A stretch of 64,000 bases of DNA from Gammaproteobacteria bacterium (GCA_035501935.1 DATJVC010000034.1:4621-68620); one strand, 5' to 3'; counted from the first letter of the stretch, positions 19,744 to 30,651 are shown. The notes: generated from the sequence alone by a model not told the origin. Numbers and translations are program-made.

Positions 19744-21114
19744 ATGCGCGTTCATATCCTGGGAATCTGCGGCACCTTCATGGGCGGCATCGCCCTGCTG
19801 GCCCGCGAGTTGGGACATGCCGTCAGCGGCTCGGACGCCAACGTGTACCCCCCCATGAGCACGATGCTGGAACACAACGGCATTGCGCTATGTACCGGCT
19901 ACGAGCCAGCGCACCTCAAGCCGCATCCAGATGTCGTCATCATCGGTAATGCCCTGTCGCGCGGCAATCCCGCCATCGAGTACACGCTTGATCACAATCT
20001 GCCCTACACCTCCGGCCCGCAGTGGCTGGCCGATTACCTGCTCCATGACAGGCATGTGCTGGCCGTGGCCGGCACGCACGGAAAGACCACCACCACCAGC
20101 ATACTGGCATGGATACTGGAGCATGCGGATTTAAAACCGGGATTTATCATCGGCGGCGTGGCGGAGAATTTCGGCACTTCCGCCCGCCTGGGCCAGGCGC
20201 CGTTTTTCGTGGTCGAGGCTGATGAATACGACACGGCTTTCTTCGACAAGCGCTCAAAATTCATTCATTACCGGCCACGTACCGCGATCCTGAACAACCT
20301 GGAATACGATCACGCCGATATCTTTCCGGATCTGTCCGCCATCCAGACCCAGTTTCATCATCTGGTGCGCACGATACCTGGCGGAGGCCTCATCATCGCA
20401 CCGGATGATGATGTGGCACTGGCGGCGGTTCTCAAGCGCGGTTGCTGGACACGGTGCGAAAGTTTTGGCGACAGCGAAACCGCGCAATGGCGCGTGCAAT
20501 CCCATATTCCTGACTACACCGAGTTCAACGTGATTCATGAAGGTAAAAACATCGGCCGTGTGCGCTGGAATCTGCTCGGCCGGCACAACGCCCGCAATGC
20601 GCTGGCGGCGATCGCGGCAGCGTGCCATATCGGGGTGAAGCCCGATGTCACGATCGCGGCATTGACGCAATTCAAGAGCGTCAAGCGGCGGCTGGAAAAA
20701 ATCGCCGAGATCGACGGTGTCTCCATCTACGATGACTTCGCTCACCACCCCACCGCCATCAAGCTCACATTGGAAGCACTGCGCGCGCGCGTGGGCCAGG
20801 CCCGCATTCTTGCTGTGCTGGAACCACGTTCCAACACCATGAAGATGGGGGTACATCGCTCCGATCTGGCGCCGGCGCTGGCCGTTGCCGATGAGGTGAT
20901 TATCTTGCAGCCGCAAAATCTGGGATGGGATTTGCTCATCGCCACAGAGGCACTGAACGGTCGCCGCCGTATTCACGGTAACGTCGATCAAATCGTGAAC
21001 GATCTCGCCGACCGTGCCCGATCCGGCGATCATGTGCTCATCATGAGCAACGGTGATTTCGGCGGCTTGTATAAGAAGTTACGGGACACTCTCTGTCGCC
21101 GAGGTGGCGTCTGA
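19744..21114 (+). CDS. mpl: UDP-N-acetylmuramate:L-alanyl-gamma-D-glutamyl-meso-diaminopimelate ligase
   Basis: 456 aa. Begins MRVHILGICGTFMGGIALLA and contains the GTHGKTTT P-loop (Mur ligase family, Mpl-type N-terminus). Confidence 0.85.
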   Translation: MRVHILGICGTFMGGIALLARELGHAVSGSDANVYPPMSTMLEHNGIALCTGYEPAHLKPHPDVVIIGNALSRGNPAIEYTLDHNLPYTSGPQWLADYLLHDRHVLAVAGTHGKTTTTSILAWILEHADLKPGFIIGGVAENFGTSARLGQAPFFVVEADEYDTAFFDKRSKFIHYRPRTAILNNLEYDHADIFPDLSAIQTQFHHLVRTIPGGGLIIAPDDDVALAAVLKRGCWTRCESFGDSETAQWRVQSHIPDYTEFNVIHEGKNIGRVRWNLLGRHNARNALAAIAAACHIGVKPDVTIAALTQFKSVKRRLEKIAEIDGVSIYDDFAHHPTAIKLTLEALRARVGQARILAVLEPRSNTMKMGVHRSDLAPALAVADEVIILQPQNLGWDLLIATEALNGRRRIHGNVDQIVNDLADRARSGDHVLIMSNGDFGGLYKKLRDTLCRRGGV

Positions 21115-21166
21115 CAAAACGTACTTATCTCCCGGCCGAAAGTCATATGCGGGAATAATCAGCGTC

Positions 21167-21184
21167 ACGGATACGTACGGATAC
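21167..21184. repeat. tandem direct repeat ACGGATAC-GT-ACGGATAC (10-bp periodicity) upstream of macA
   Basis: Read directly from the sequence. It lies about 113 nt upstream of the macA start. Confidence 0.3.
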
Positions 21185-21296
21185 ATTTTGATCACTCAGA
21201 TGCATGTAGTATGGTCAGCCGGCTATTCGGACCAATTTTCAACTACGCGGACTAAGGCGTGTTAACACCATCCATCGCTTAATCATCGGTGACCCC

Positions 21297-22505
21297 ATGA
21301 GCCGAAACAGCCTGATCCCCCGCGTCATCAAATTCACGGTGCGTCTGCTGGTGTTGCTTGCAGTGATTGCCGGGGCGGGCTATGGCTACATCAAGTATTA
21401 CAAAAAACATGACGCCGACAAGGCTGCCCAGTACCAGTTCGTCATTGTCGAGACCGGCCGCATTGAGGAAAATGTCACCGCGCAAGGCAAACTTGAAACC
21501 GAGGAGTACGTCGATGTCGGCGCGCAGGTCTCCGGACAACTCAAGAAACTCCACGTACAAATCGGCGACACGGTAAAAAAAGGGGATTTGATCGCCGAGA
21601 TCGATCCACGGGTGTATGAGTCCAAGGTTGAAGCAGACAAGGCGCAACTCAAAACCCTGCAAGCACAGATCGCCGAGCAACAGGCGCAGGTCGTTCTTGC
21701 CCGGCAGGTCTACGAGCGGAATAAGCGGCTGATCCAGTCCCATGCCGTCAGCCAGGAGACGCTGGAGGACAGCGATACCTCGCTCAAGGTTGCCCAGGCC
21801 CGCGTCGCCTCGCTCAAGGCCCAGCTTGAACAGGCGCAGTCCACGCTGGACGGCGACGAAACCAACCTGAGTTACACCAAGATCTACGCGCCCATGGACG
21901 GCACGGTCGTGTCGCAGACCGCGCGCGAAGGGCAGACGCTCAATGCCGTGCAGTCGGCGCCGGTCATCGTGCAAGTTGCCAATCTGGACACCCTGACCGT
22001 CCGCGCGCAGGTCGCGGAGGCGGACGTGATGCGGCTGAAGCCGGGCATACCGGTCTACTTCACGACGCTCGGCTCGACTGATCGCCGCTGGCATGCCACC
22101 GTGCGGCAGATCCAGCCCTCGCCGGAAGTCATCAATGAAGTGGTGCTCTACGACGCCCTCGTGGACGTGGACAACCGTGATCGGCAGTTGATGACCGGCA
22201 TGAGCACGCAGATGTTTTTTGTCCTGGGAGAGGCGAAGGATGTTCCGCTCATACCTGTGGCCGCTCTCGGCAAACGCCTGGCGGATCAGGACAATGATCA
22301 GGGCCGTGCCTACCAGGTGCGCATCAGTGGCGGCGACGGGCGTCTGGCCAGCAAAATCATTCATGTCGGACTGATGAGCCGCACAGTGGCTGAAGTCCGC
22401 TCCGGTCTTACGACAGGAGATAAAGTGGCGTTGGCGGCGCGACAGGAAACCACCGGGACGGACAGCCAGAAGTCGGGCGCAGTCCATATGCCGGCGCACT
22501 TATGA
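21297..22505 (+). CDS. macA: macrolide/peptide efflux periplasmic adaptor (HlyD/MFP family)
   Basis: 402 aa with an N-terminal membrane anchor, a coiled-coil-rich middle and MFP-type motifs. Overlaps macB by 4 nt. Confidence 0.85.
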   Translation: MSRNSLIPRVIKFTVRLLVLLAVIAGAGYGYIKYYKKHDADKAAQYQFVIVETGRIEENVTAQGKLETEEYVDVGAQVSGQLKKLHVQIGDTVKKGDLIAEIDPRVYESKVEADKAQLKTLQAQIAEQQAQVVLARQVYERNKRLIQSHAVSQETLEDSDTSLKVAQARVASLKAQLEQAQSTLDGDETNLSYTKIYAPMDGTVVSQTAREGQTLNAVQSAPVIVQVANLDTLTVRAQVAEADVMRLKPGIPVYFTTLGSTDRRWHATVRQIQPSPEVINEVVLYDALVDVDNRDRQLMTGMSTQMFFVLGEAKDVPLIPVAALGKRLADQDNDQGRAYQVRISGGDGRLASKIIHVGLMSRTVAEVRSGLTTGDKVALAARQETTGTDSQKSGAVHMPAHL

Positions 22506-24493
22506 ACCTCGCCAAGGCCGAAAGTATCGCGGCCCCGGCGGCGGCGGCCACTGATCCCGCCGCCCCGCTCCTCAAGCTCTCCCATATCAGCAGGCATTAT
22601 CAGAGCGGTGACACCGTGGTGCGTGCGCTCGATGATGCTTCCCTGACGATCTGGCCCGGAGAATTCCTCGCAATCATGGGTCAGTCCGGTTCCGGAAAAT
22701 CCACCCTCATGAATATCATCGGCTGCCTCGACCAGCCGACCAGCGGCAGCTATCAGGTGCTCGGCCAAGAGACCTCGATACTTGATGCGGATGAACTGGC
22801 CGCCCTCCGCCGGCACACCTTCGGCTTCATCTTCCAGCGCTACAACCTGCTCGCCACCGCGACCGCCACGGAAAATGTGGAGATCCCCGCCGTCTATGCG
22901 GGCGTGTCGAAACGCGAGCGCATTGCGCGCGCGCGAAGATTGCTCACCCGGCTGGGCATGGGTGATCGCAGTGAGCACCGCCCCGCGCAGCTTTCCGGCG
23001 GCCAGCAGCAACGTGTCGCCGTTGCCCGGGCACTCATGAACGACCCGCCCGTGATCCTGGCCGACGAACCGACCGGCGCGCTTGACAGCAAGAGTGGCCA
23101 GGAAGTCCTGGGGTTACTGCGCCAGCTCCACGCCGAGGGGCGGACCATCATTCTGATCACCCATGATGAGAGCATCGCCGCCAACGCCGAACGGATCATC
23201 CGCATCCGCGACGGCCGCATCGCCGAGACGGCCGAGTCCGCGCCTAAAACCGCCTCCCACCATACCCTGCATCACCTGGACCGGGCGGACGGCGCCGGTT
23301 TGTTCACCGAGGTATTTGAATCGACGAAAACGGCGCTGCGCGCCCTGCGCGTGAACCTCTTCCGCACGGTCCTCACGCTGCTCGGCATCATCATCGGCGT
23401 GGCCTCGGTGGTCACCATGCTGGCGGTCGGCAGCGGCAGCAAGCAGAAGGTACTCGATCAGATCTCGGCCATGGGCACCAACATCCTTTCGGTGCGCCCC
23501 GGCGCGGCGGGCATGCGCGGCGGCGGCGACATCATCACCCTCACCCCCGACGATGGGGAGGCGATCAAGAGCGTGGCCAATGTCGCGCAGGTGACGCCGG
23601 AACGCGGCGGGCGCCAGACGTTGCGCCACGGCGATATCGACTATCAGACCACGGTGACGGGCACCTGGGCTGAAATGCCGTTGATCCGCGACTGGCCGAT
23701 GGCCTCCGGCAGCTTCTTCTCGGCACGGGATTTGCGCAGTTACGCCCCGGTCATCGTGCTTGGCCAGACGGTGGTGAAAAACCTGTTTCCAGACGGTTCC
23801 GATCCCATCGGCCAGTATGTGCGGGTGAAGAACGTGCCCTTCGAGGTCATCGGGGTGCTCGCCGCCAAGGGCGCCACCATGTTCGGCAGCGATCAGGATG
23901 ACGCCGCTTTCGTGCCGCTCACCACCGGCCTGATCCGCCTGTTCGGGCGCGCCTATGTCAACAGCATCACGGTCAACGTCCAGGACGTCAAAAAAATTGA
24001 CGAGACGCAGCAGGCGATCACGACATTGCTGCTGGATCGCCACCGCACCGAGGATTTCAACATCCGCAACATGTCCTCGATCCTGGACATGGCCACGGAA
24101 ACCCAGAACACGCTGACCATCCTGCTCGGGGCGGTGGCGGCGATTTCGCTCCTGGTCGGCGGCATCGGCGTGATGAACATCATGCTGGTCAGCGTCACCG
24201 AACGCACCCGTGAGATCGGCCTCCGCATGGCCACCGGCGCGCGGCGGCGCGACATCATGCTGCAATTCAGCACCGAGGCGTCGGTGGTCTGCACCGTCGG
24301 CGGAATTCTCGGGGTCGTAATCGGCGTGCTGGCCGGTCTGGTCTTGCGTTCCTTTGATATTGCGGTCATTTTTTCGGTGATGCCGGCGCTGCTCGCTTTC
24401 AGTTGCGCCTTCGCCACCGGCCTCCTGTTCGGCTGGTTGCCGGCGCGCAAGGCGGCGCACCTCGATCCCGTCGTCGCACTCGCCTCCGAGTAA
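22502..24493 (+). CDS. macB: MacB-type ABC transporter, fused ATPase and permease
   Basis: 663 aa. Contains GQSGSGKST (Walker A), LSGGQQQRVAVARAL and ILADEPTGALD. The C-terminal part is an FtsX-like permease. Confidence 0.9.
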   Translation: MNLAKAESIAAPAAAATDPAAPLLKLSHISRHYQSGDTVVRALDDASLTIWPGEFLAIMGQSGSGKSTLMNIIGCLDQPTSGSYQVLGQETSILDADELAALRRHTFGFIFQRYNLLATATATENVEIPAVYAGVSKRERIARARRLLTRLGMGDRSEHRPAQLSGGQQQRVAVARALMNDPPVILADEPTGALDSKSGQEVLGLLRQLHAEGRTIILITHDESIAANAERIIRIRDGRIAETAESAPKTASHHTLHHLDRADGAGLFTEVFESTKTALRALRVNLFRTVLTLLGIIIGVASVVTMLAVGSGSKQKVLDQISAMGTNILSVRPGAAGMRGGGDIITLTPDDGEAIKSVANVAQVTPERGGRQTLRHGDIDYQTTVTGTWAEMPLIRDWPMASGSFFSARDLRSYAPVIVLGQTVVKNLFPDGSDPIGQYVRVKNVPFEVIGVLAAKGATMFGSDQDDAAFVPLTTGLIRLFGRAYVNSITVNVQDVKKIDETQQAITTLLLDRHRTEDFNIRNMSSILDMATETQNTLTILLGAVAAISLLVGGIGVMNIMLVSVTERTREIGLRMATGARRRDIMLQFSTEASVVCTVGGILGVVIGVLAGLVLRSFDIAVIFSVMPALLAFSCAFATGLLFGWLPARKAAHLDPVVALASE

Positions 24494-24498
24494 AAACC

Positions 24499-25872
24499 GT
24501 GCGCCTCGCCCGATTACATGCCGCCATGGCAGTTCTACTTGCCGGACTCTCCGGGTGTTATTTGATCCCGCCGTACCAGCGACCATCGGCGCCTGCGCCA
24601 GAACACTGGCGCGGAGGAACCGCGGCGACACCTGGCAACGACGCCGGCGTCGCCACAGATTGGTGGCAGCATTATGGCAGCAATGAACTGAATCAGTCAG
24701 TTCAGGAGGCGCTGGCACAGAACAAGGACCTGCAAGCCGCCCTTCACCGCATTGAACAGGCGCGCGCCAGCGCGAAAATTGCGGGCGCCGGCCTGCTGCC
24801 GACCGTGGACGCGTCGGTCAACGCCAGCCGCACCTACAGCGACAGCGGCAATCACACACCGACCCAGAGCGACAGCTATCAGGGGCTCTTGAGTGTCGCC
24901 TATGAAGTGGATTTGTGGCGGCGAAATCGATCCGCGGTCGAGGCCGCCGAGGCCCGCACCACTTCCAGCACTTACGACCGCGATGCCCTGGCGCTGGTTG
25001 TGATGACGGACACCGCACAGGCCTACTTTCAGGTGTTGAATCTGCGCGAGCGGGGGAAGATTGCGCGCGACAATATCGCGACCGAGCGCGATGTGCTCAA
25101 CATCGTCGAGACGCAGTACCGTGAAGGCCGGGCCTCGGCGCTGGAGGTGGCCCAGCAGAAGACTGCCGTGGCCAATGTCGAAGCCGCCTTGACCGCTCTC
25201 GAACGGCAGGAACAAGTCACCGAAGACGGTCTTGCGGTACTGCGCGGTCGCGCGCCCGCAGACCTTTCCGTCACCACCGACACTTTGCAAGACATCGCCC
25301 TCCCTGCGATTGCTGCCGGACAGCCTTCGACGTTGCTGGAGCGCCGCCCGGACATACGACGCGCCGAGCAGGATTTGATCGCCGCCCATGCCGATATCGC
25401 CGTGGCCCGCGCTGCTTTATTCCCCACTCTAAATTTAGGCTTGGATCCGACCCTCTTTGCCAGCCCCGGCACAGCCGCGGTAGCGCTTGCGTCCTCGCTC
25501 ACCGCGCCGATCTTCGAGGGTGGCCGCCTGCGCGGCGAAGTCGAGCGCACGGAGGCGCGGGAGGCGGAACTGGTGGAGACTTACCGCCAGATTATCCTGA
25601 CGTCGTTTCAGGAGGTGGAAGACGCACTCGCCGCCATCAAGAGCGCACAGCAGCGCGTACAATCACTGACTGTCGCCGCCGAGGCGGCGCGCGACGCTTA
25701 TCAGATTTCCCGCGATCGCTATCTCGCCGGGGCGATCGATTTCCTGACCCTGCTCAATACACAGACCACTCAATTACAAGCGGAAGACGCGCTGGCTCAG
25801 GCCCGGCTCGATCAATTCGCCGCCTCGGTTGATTTATACAAAGCCCTCGGCGGTGGCTGGCAGGAACATTAA
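24499..25872 (+). CDS. efflux outer-membrane lipoprotein, NodT/OMF family
   Basis: The lipobox LLAGLSGC follows GTG 24499 (the track ORF starts upstream, inside macB). The rest is OMF repeat architecture. Third gene of the macAB operon. Confidence 0.85.
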   Translation: MRLARLHAAMAVLLAGLSGCYLIPPYQRPSAPAPEHWRGGTAATPGNDAGVATDWWQHYGSNELNQSVQEALAQNKDLQAALHRIEQARASAKIAGAGLLPTVDASVNASRTYSDSGNHTPTQSDSYQGLLSVAYEVDLWRRNRSAVEAAEARTTSSTYDRDALALVVMTDTAQAYFQVLNLRERGKIARDNIATERDVLNIVETQYREGRASALEVAQQKTAVANVEAALTALERQEQVTEDGLAVLRGRAPADLSVTTDTLQDIALPAIAAGQPSTLLERRPDIRRAEQDLIAAHADIAVARAALFPTLNLGLDPTLFASPGTAAVALASSLTAPIFEGGRLRGEVERTEAREAELVETYRQIILTSFQEVEDALAAIKSAQQRVQSLTVAAEAARDAYQISRDRYLAGAIDFLTLLNTQTTQLQAEDALAQARLDQFAASVDLYKALGGGWQEH

Positions 25873-25882
25873 TCGGTCGTTT

Positions 25883-26752
25883 CTATAACACCTGAGTATC
25901 TGGTTCGGGGATGACGCGGTTTTCGATGAAACCGATTTTCTCGATCTCCGCGCGCACGACATCGTCAACCTTCAAATAGCCGCGCGGGGTCATCTTGACG
26001 CCGACGCCGGCGCAGGTGCCGGTGGAGATGATGTCACCCGGTTCCAGAGTAAAGGCGGTGGACAACACTTCAATCTGCTCCCAGATGCTGAAGATCATGT
26101 GCCGCGTGTTGGAGTGTTGGCGTTCCTGACCGTTGACGGTGGTGCGGAAATCCAAGCTGTGCGGATCAGAGATTTCGTTCGGCGTGACGAGCCAGGGCCC
26201 GATGGGGCCGTGGGTGTCGAAGGATTTGCCGAGCGTGAAGGTCTCCGACTTCGCCTGCCAGTCGCGCACGGTGACGTCGTTCACGACCAGATAACCCGCC
26301 ACCACTTCCTGTGCGCGGTCGCGCGGCACGTGGCGGCAGCGACGACCGATCACAACGCCCAATTCGCCTTCGTAATCGAGCTTGTTCGACACTCGCGGCA
26401 TGTGTATGGGGTCGTAGGGTCCGTTGACGCAGGTGGACTGCTTGTTGAAGAACTTGGGGAACTCGGGTTTGGGCAGGGCGGTTTCGCTGATGTGCTCTGC
26501 ATAGTTGAGCGCGATGGCGAGGAATTTGGGGGGCCGGCGGATGGGCGCCTCCAGATGCACATCCTTCAGAGCCAGTGTTGGCTGGGTCTCAGCGGCCAGC
26601 GCGCGCAGGCGATCCATGACCGGGACGCCTGCCTCCAGCGCCTCCCGCAGGTCGGTGGGGACGCCGGCCTGCCCAGCCGTGTCGATCAGCCCATCATTCA
26701 CTACGATGCCGATACGGGTGCGCCCCTGATGCGTGAACATGGCCAGTTTCAC
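25883..26752 (-). CDS. fumarylacetoacetate hydrolase (FAH) family protein
   Basis: 289 aa. Contains YEGELGVVIGRR and the DIISTGT C-terminal motif typical of FAH / 2-keto-4-pentenoate hydratase-like enzymes. Confidence 0.8.
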   Translation of the reverse strand: MKLAMFTHQGRTRIGIVVNDGLIDTAGQAGVPTDLREALEAGVPVMDRLRALAAETQPTLALKDVHLEAPIRRPPKFLAIALNYAEHISETALPKPEFPKFFNKQSTCVNGPYDPIHMPRVSNKLDYEGELGVVIGRRCRHVPRDRAQEVVAGYLVVNDVTVRDWQAKSETFTLGKSFDTHGPIGPWLVTPNEISDPHSLDFRTTVNGQERQHSNTRHMIFSIWEQIEVLSTAFTLEPGDIISTGTCAGVGVKMTPRGYLKVDDVVRAEIEKIGFIENRVIPEPDTQVL

Positions 26753-26980
26753 GGAAAAGTCCTGTGTGATTTGTGGGTTGCGTCAGTAACATTACGCCAG
26801 AATGAGCTTGTGTCTGGCAAGTAAAGTTCGGTTTCTATGCCCTGATTCGACCCTTGACAAAACCCTCATCCCGATGTCCGTATTGAAATGTCACTGAATC
26901 GTGCTGAACTATTTGAAGCGCAAGCGATTCTGTGCGATTTTAGGCTTTCGGGGGATGTCCAAATATCAGGTTCCGGCCTT

Positions 26981-29212
26981 GTGAAACGGGTTTTGCTCGC
27001 TGCCGTCATCATCCTGCTGGCCATAGCGCCTGCAGTCAACGCTCGCGATAAACACAAACGCGTGGTGCCGCAATGGGATTTATGCCCATACGAGGCGGAG
27101 CCGGAGGGCCGTCCGGAGAATCCGGATCTTGAGTCCGGTTTCCTGTCGCTGGATGCGGACGAGGGTAAATTCATCAAGCACGGCACCTCCACACTGACCG
27201 GCGATGTGCAGATGATCCGCGACGATGGCGCAGCGCGCGCAGACCGCGCGATCTACAACGACGACAAGCAAACACTGGATCTCTACAACCATGTGCGGCT
27301 TTGGAAAGACAAGCTGTACTGGGAGGGCCAGCATGGATTCGTCGACTGGAGCAATCAGATCGGGATTCTGGACAGCGGCAATTACCGCCTGCTGGAATTG
27401 CAGGGACGCGGCGAAGCCAAGGTCATCGAGACCGACCTCGATAAGAAGCTCTCCAAGCTCAAGGAGGCGACCTACACCACCTGCCCCGGCGATATCCCCG
27501 ACTGGAAGCTGTCGGCGAAAAAGATCACGCTCGACCACAATGAGGAATGGGGCAACGCCAATGATGTGGTGTTGCGCGTGCACGATATACCGGTGATGTA
27601 CCTGCCCTATACCAGCTTCCCCTTGAGCAAAAAACGCAAATCCGGCTTTCTGACGCCCTCCATTGGCCAGAGCGGCGCCTCCGGCACCTCGGTGAAAATC
27701 CCCTATTACTGGAACATCGCACCGAACGCCGACGCCACATTCACTCCACAGATTCTGGCCAAACGCGGGGCCCTGCTGGGTGGCGAGGTGCGTTATCTCT
27801 CGCCGACCAGCATGAGCAGCGTCGATGGCGATTTTCTGCCGTACGACAATGAGCGAAACGGCGATGAACGTCATCTGATCCATGTGCTGCACACGCAAAG
27901 CCTGTTCAACAGCCGCGGCGCGCTATCCGTCGACTTCAGTGACGTTTCCGATTCCAAATACTTCGAGGATTTCGGCAACAGCCTGAGCGTGTCCAGCACC
28001 AGCTTCCTGGAGCGCCAGGCCTTGCTTTCCTACAGCGGGGGGTGGTGGAGCATGTCCGGCCTGTTGAATGGCTACCAGACCGTGGACCCCACCCTGCCGG
28101 CGAGCAGCCGCCCCTACAGCGAACTGCCGCAGATTACCCTCTCTGCCGGCCGCGGAGCCAACCGCAGCCTCACCTACGGCGTCACCACCCAAGCCACTTA
28201 TTTCAATCGGGACAACAGCGTCAACGGCGGGCGTTTCAACTTCGAGCCTTACGTCAGTTATCCCATACGCAATGCCGGTAGTTTCTTCATTCCCCGGCTG
28301 GCGCTCGATCAAACCTACTACACGCTCAGCGGCAACACCGACAACCACATCAGCCGCACCGTGCCGGTATTCAGCCTGGACAATGGCCTGTATTTCGAGA
28401 GGGACGTGACACTGGGACCAAAGACCTTCACGCACACGCTTGAGCCACGTTTGTTTTACCTCTACCGGCCCAAGGTGGATCAGAACGACATCCCCGTCTT
28501 CGACAGCGGTCTGTTCGATGTTTCATTCGCCGAGCTGTTCTATACCAACCGCTTTAGCGGCTATGATCGGCTTGGCGATGAAAATTCAGTCACTGCAGCC
28601 ATCACTTCACGACTGCTCGACAGCCAGGATGGCAGCGAATGGCTGCGTGGCAGTATCGGCCAGATCTATCATTTTACCGATCGAGTGGTGACTCTGCCGG
28701 GAGCTCCGAAACAAACCGACCCCGTCTCGGAGATTGTGGCCGAACTCTCGGCGCGCCTGTCCAGCCATTGGACGGCGGGGGGCACCCTGGGATGGGATCC
28801 CAATGACAATGTATTCGATAAAAGCGCCATCCGTCTGCGCTATCGCGGCGACTCCAATCAGATTCTGAATCTGGACTACCGCTTCGTCGACGCGACCAGA
28901 AACGCCCTGACGAGCGACATCAATCAAACCGACGTTTCGCTGCGCTGGCCTCTGGGCCGGCAGTGGAGCGTGCTCAGCCGCTGGAACTATTCGATTCCCG
29001 ACAACAAAACACTGGAAATAGTCGGCGGCCTTGAATATGAAAGCTGCTGCTGGGGCATACGCACCGTCGCCCGCCACTTTCTGCGCACATCCACCGGCAC
29101 CTATGATACCGGCGTGTTTGTCGAGCTTGAACTTAAAGGGCTGGCGGGCACCGGCGGCCAGGCCCTTTCACTGCTCCGCAAGGAGATTCCCGGCTACGTG
29201 AACACCTTCTAG
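26981..29212 (+). CDS. lptD: LPS-assembly outer membrane protein LptD
   Basis: OstA N-terminal and LptD beta-barrel features. Signal peptide MKRVLLAAVIILLAIAPAVNA begins at GTG 26981; an alternative ATG is at 26888. Followed by surA-pdxA-rsmA, as in E. coli. Confidence 0.9.
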   Translation: MKRVLLAAVIILLAIAPAVNARDKHKRVVPQWDLCPYEAEPEGRPENPDLESGFLSLDADEGKFIKHGTSTLTGDVQMIRDDGAARADRAIYNDDKQTLDLYNHVRLWKDKLYWEGQHGFVDWSNQIGILDSGNYRLLELQGRGEAKVIETDLDKKLSKLKEATYTTCPGDIPDWKLSAKKITLDHNEEWGNANDVVLRVHDIPVMYLPYTSFPLSKKRKSGFLTPSIGQSGASGTSVKIPYYWNIAPNADATFTPQILAKRGALLGGEVRYLSPTSMSSVDGDFLPYDNERNGDERHLIHVLHTQSLFNSRGALSVDFSDVSDSKYFEDFGNSLSVSSTSFLERQALLSYSGGWWSMSGLLNGYQTVDPTLPASSRPYSELPQITLSAGRGANRSLTYGVTTQATYFNRDNSVNGGRFNFEPYVSYPIRNAGSFFIPRLALDQTYYTLSGNTDNHISRTVPVFSLDNGLYFERDVTLGPKTFTHTLEPRLFYLYRPKVDQNDIPVFDSGLFDVSFAELFYTNRFSGYDRLGDENSVTAAITSRLLDSQDGSEWLRGSIGQIYHFTDRVVTLPGAPKQTDPVSEIVAELSARLSSHWTAGGTLGWDPNDNVFDKSAIRLRYRGDSNQILNLDYRFVDATRNALTSDINQTDVSLRWPLGRQWSVLSRWNYSIPDNKTLEIVGGLEYESCCWGIRTVARHFLRTSTGTYDTGVFVELELKGLAGTGGQALSLLRKEIPGYVNTF

Positions 29213-29237
29213 TCCACATGGTCTATACGTTTTGACC

Positions 29238-30617
29238 ATGATGTTTCAATCTCTTTTTCTCACACGGCGCTCATTGGCTCCGCGCCGCGCCAGCCGGCCC
29301 GGATTGCGGATAATCAGTGGGTACGCGCTGCTGTGGTGTGCTCTTGCGGTAATGATCCCCGTGACACGAGCTGCCGAGTTGCTTGATGAAATCGTCGCAG
29401 TGGTGGACGACGAGGCCGTCATGCGCAGCGAACTCGATCACTTTTCGGCCCGCATCATGCAGCAATTGCAGAGCAAGGGCGCCGAGCTGCCGCCGCCGGA
29501 AGTGATGCAAAAGCAGATCCTCGACCGGCTGATCGTCATGAAACTGCAATTGCAACTGGCCAAACGCAGCGGTGTCACGATCGATGATCAGTCGCTGAAT
29601 CACGCGATCGAGAGCATCGCCAGCCAGAACAAGATGTCGCTGGCGGACTTCCGGCGGACGCTGGAAAAGGAAGGCTATGACTTCGGCCGTTTCCGCGAAG
29701 ATATACGCGACGAAATGACGATTTCCCGCCTGAAACAGCGCGAGGTGGACAATCGGATCGCGGTCTCCGACCGCGAAGTGGACAACTACCTTGCCAACAA
29801 ATCAAAACAAAACGACAACAGCGAAAACGAATATCATCTTGCGCACATCCTGGTGGCCACACCCGAAGGCGCCAGCCCGGAGCAGATCGCCGTCGCCAAG
29901 GCCAAGGCTGAAAAATTGCTGGGCGAATTGCGTGCCGGGGCGGATTTCGCCAAAACCGCCATTGCGTCCTCCGACGGCGCGCAGGCGCTTGATGGCGGTG
30001 ACCTCGGCTGGCGCAGGCCGGCCCAGATCCCCCAGCTTTTGATGGACGCCGCCAACCAACTGAAACCTGGCGAGATCAGTGGCTTATTGCGGGGGCCGAG
30101 CGGTTTCGCCATCATTAAAATGATCGAAATGCGCTCGACAGACACCGTGCACATGGTCACCCAGACACACGCCCGGCACATACTCATCAAGCCGAGTGAG
30201 CTTGTGTCCAAAAACGACGCCATGCAGAAATTGGCGCAACTCAAGACCCGCATTCAAGACGGCGATGATTTTGGAGAACTTGCACGCTCGCATTCCGATG
30301 ACCGTGGTACCGCCGCGAAGGGCGGTGATTTGGGCTGGGTCAACCCCGGCGACCTCGTGCCGGAATTCGAGCAGGTCATGAACGGCCTCAAGGTAGGCGA
30401 GATCAGCGATCCTTTTGAGACCGAATTTGGTGTGCACATCGTCCAGGTCCTCGAACGCCGCCAGCATGACGATACCGAGGAAGCCAAACGCGCGCAGGCG
30501 CGGGAGGCCATTCTGCGGCGCAAGATCGAGGAGGAGACCCAGGCGTGGATTCGCCGGCTGCGCGATGAGGCCTATATCGAATACCGCCTGACGCCGGATA
30601 CCCATTCCTCCGGCTAG
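29238..30617 (+). CDS. surA: periplasmic chaperone / peptidyl-prolyl isomerase SurA
   Basis: Two parvulin-like domains (GGDLGW occurs twice). Syntenic position. ATG 29238 is preferred over the track's TTG 29232. Confidence 0.9.
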   Translation: MMFQSLFLTRRSLAPRRASRPGLRIISGYALLWCALAVMIPVTRAAELLDEIVAVVDDEAVMRSELDHFSARIMQQLQSKGAELPPPEVMQKQILDRLIVMKLQLQLAKRSGVTIDDQSLNHAIESIASQNKMSLADFRRTLEKEGYDFGRFREDIRDEMTISRLKQREVDNRIAVSDREVDNYLANKSKQNDNSENEYHLAHILVATPEGASPEQIAVAKAKAEKLLGELRAGADFAKTAIASSDGAQALDGGDLGWRRPAQIPQLLMDAANQLKPGEISGLLRGPSGFAIIKMIEMRSTDTVHMVTQTHARHILIKPSELVSKNDAMQKLAQLKTRIQDGDDFGELARSHSDDRGTAAKGGDLGWVNPGDLVPEFEQVMNGLKVGEISDPFETEFGVHIVQVLERRQHDDTEEAKRAQAREAILRRKIEEETQAWIRRLRDEAYIEYRLTPDTHSSG

Positions 30618-30651
30618 CAGCCGGCGCCGGTTACCTTCAACGACCCCGATT

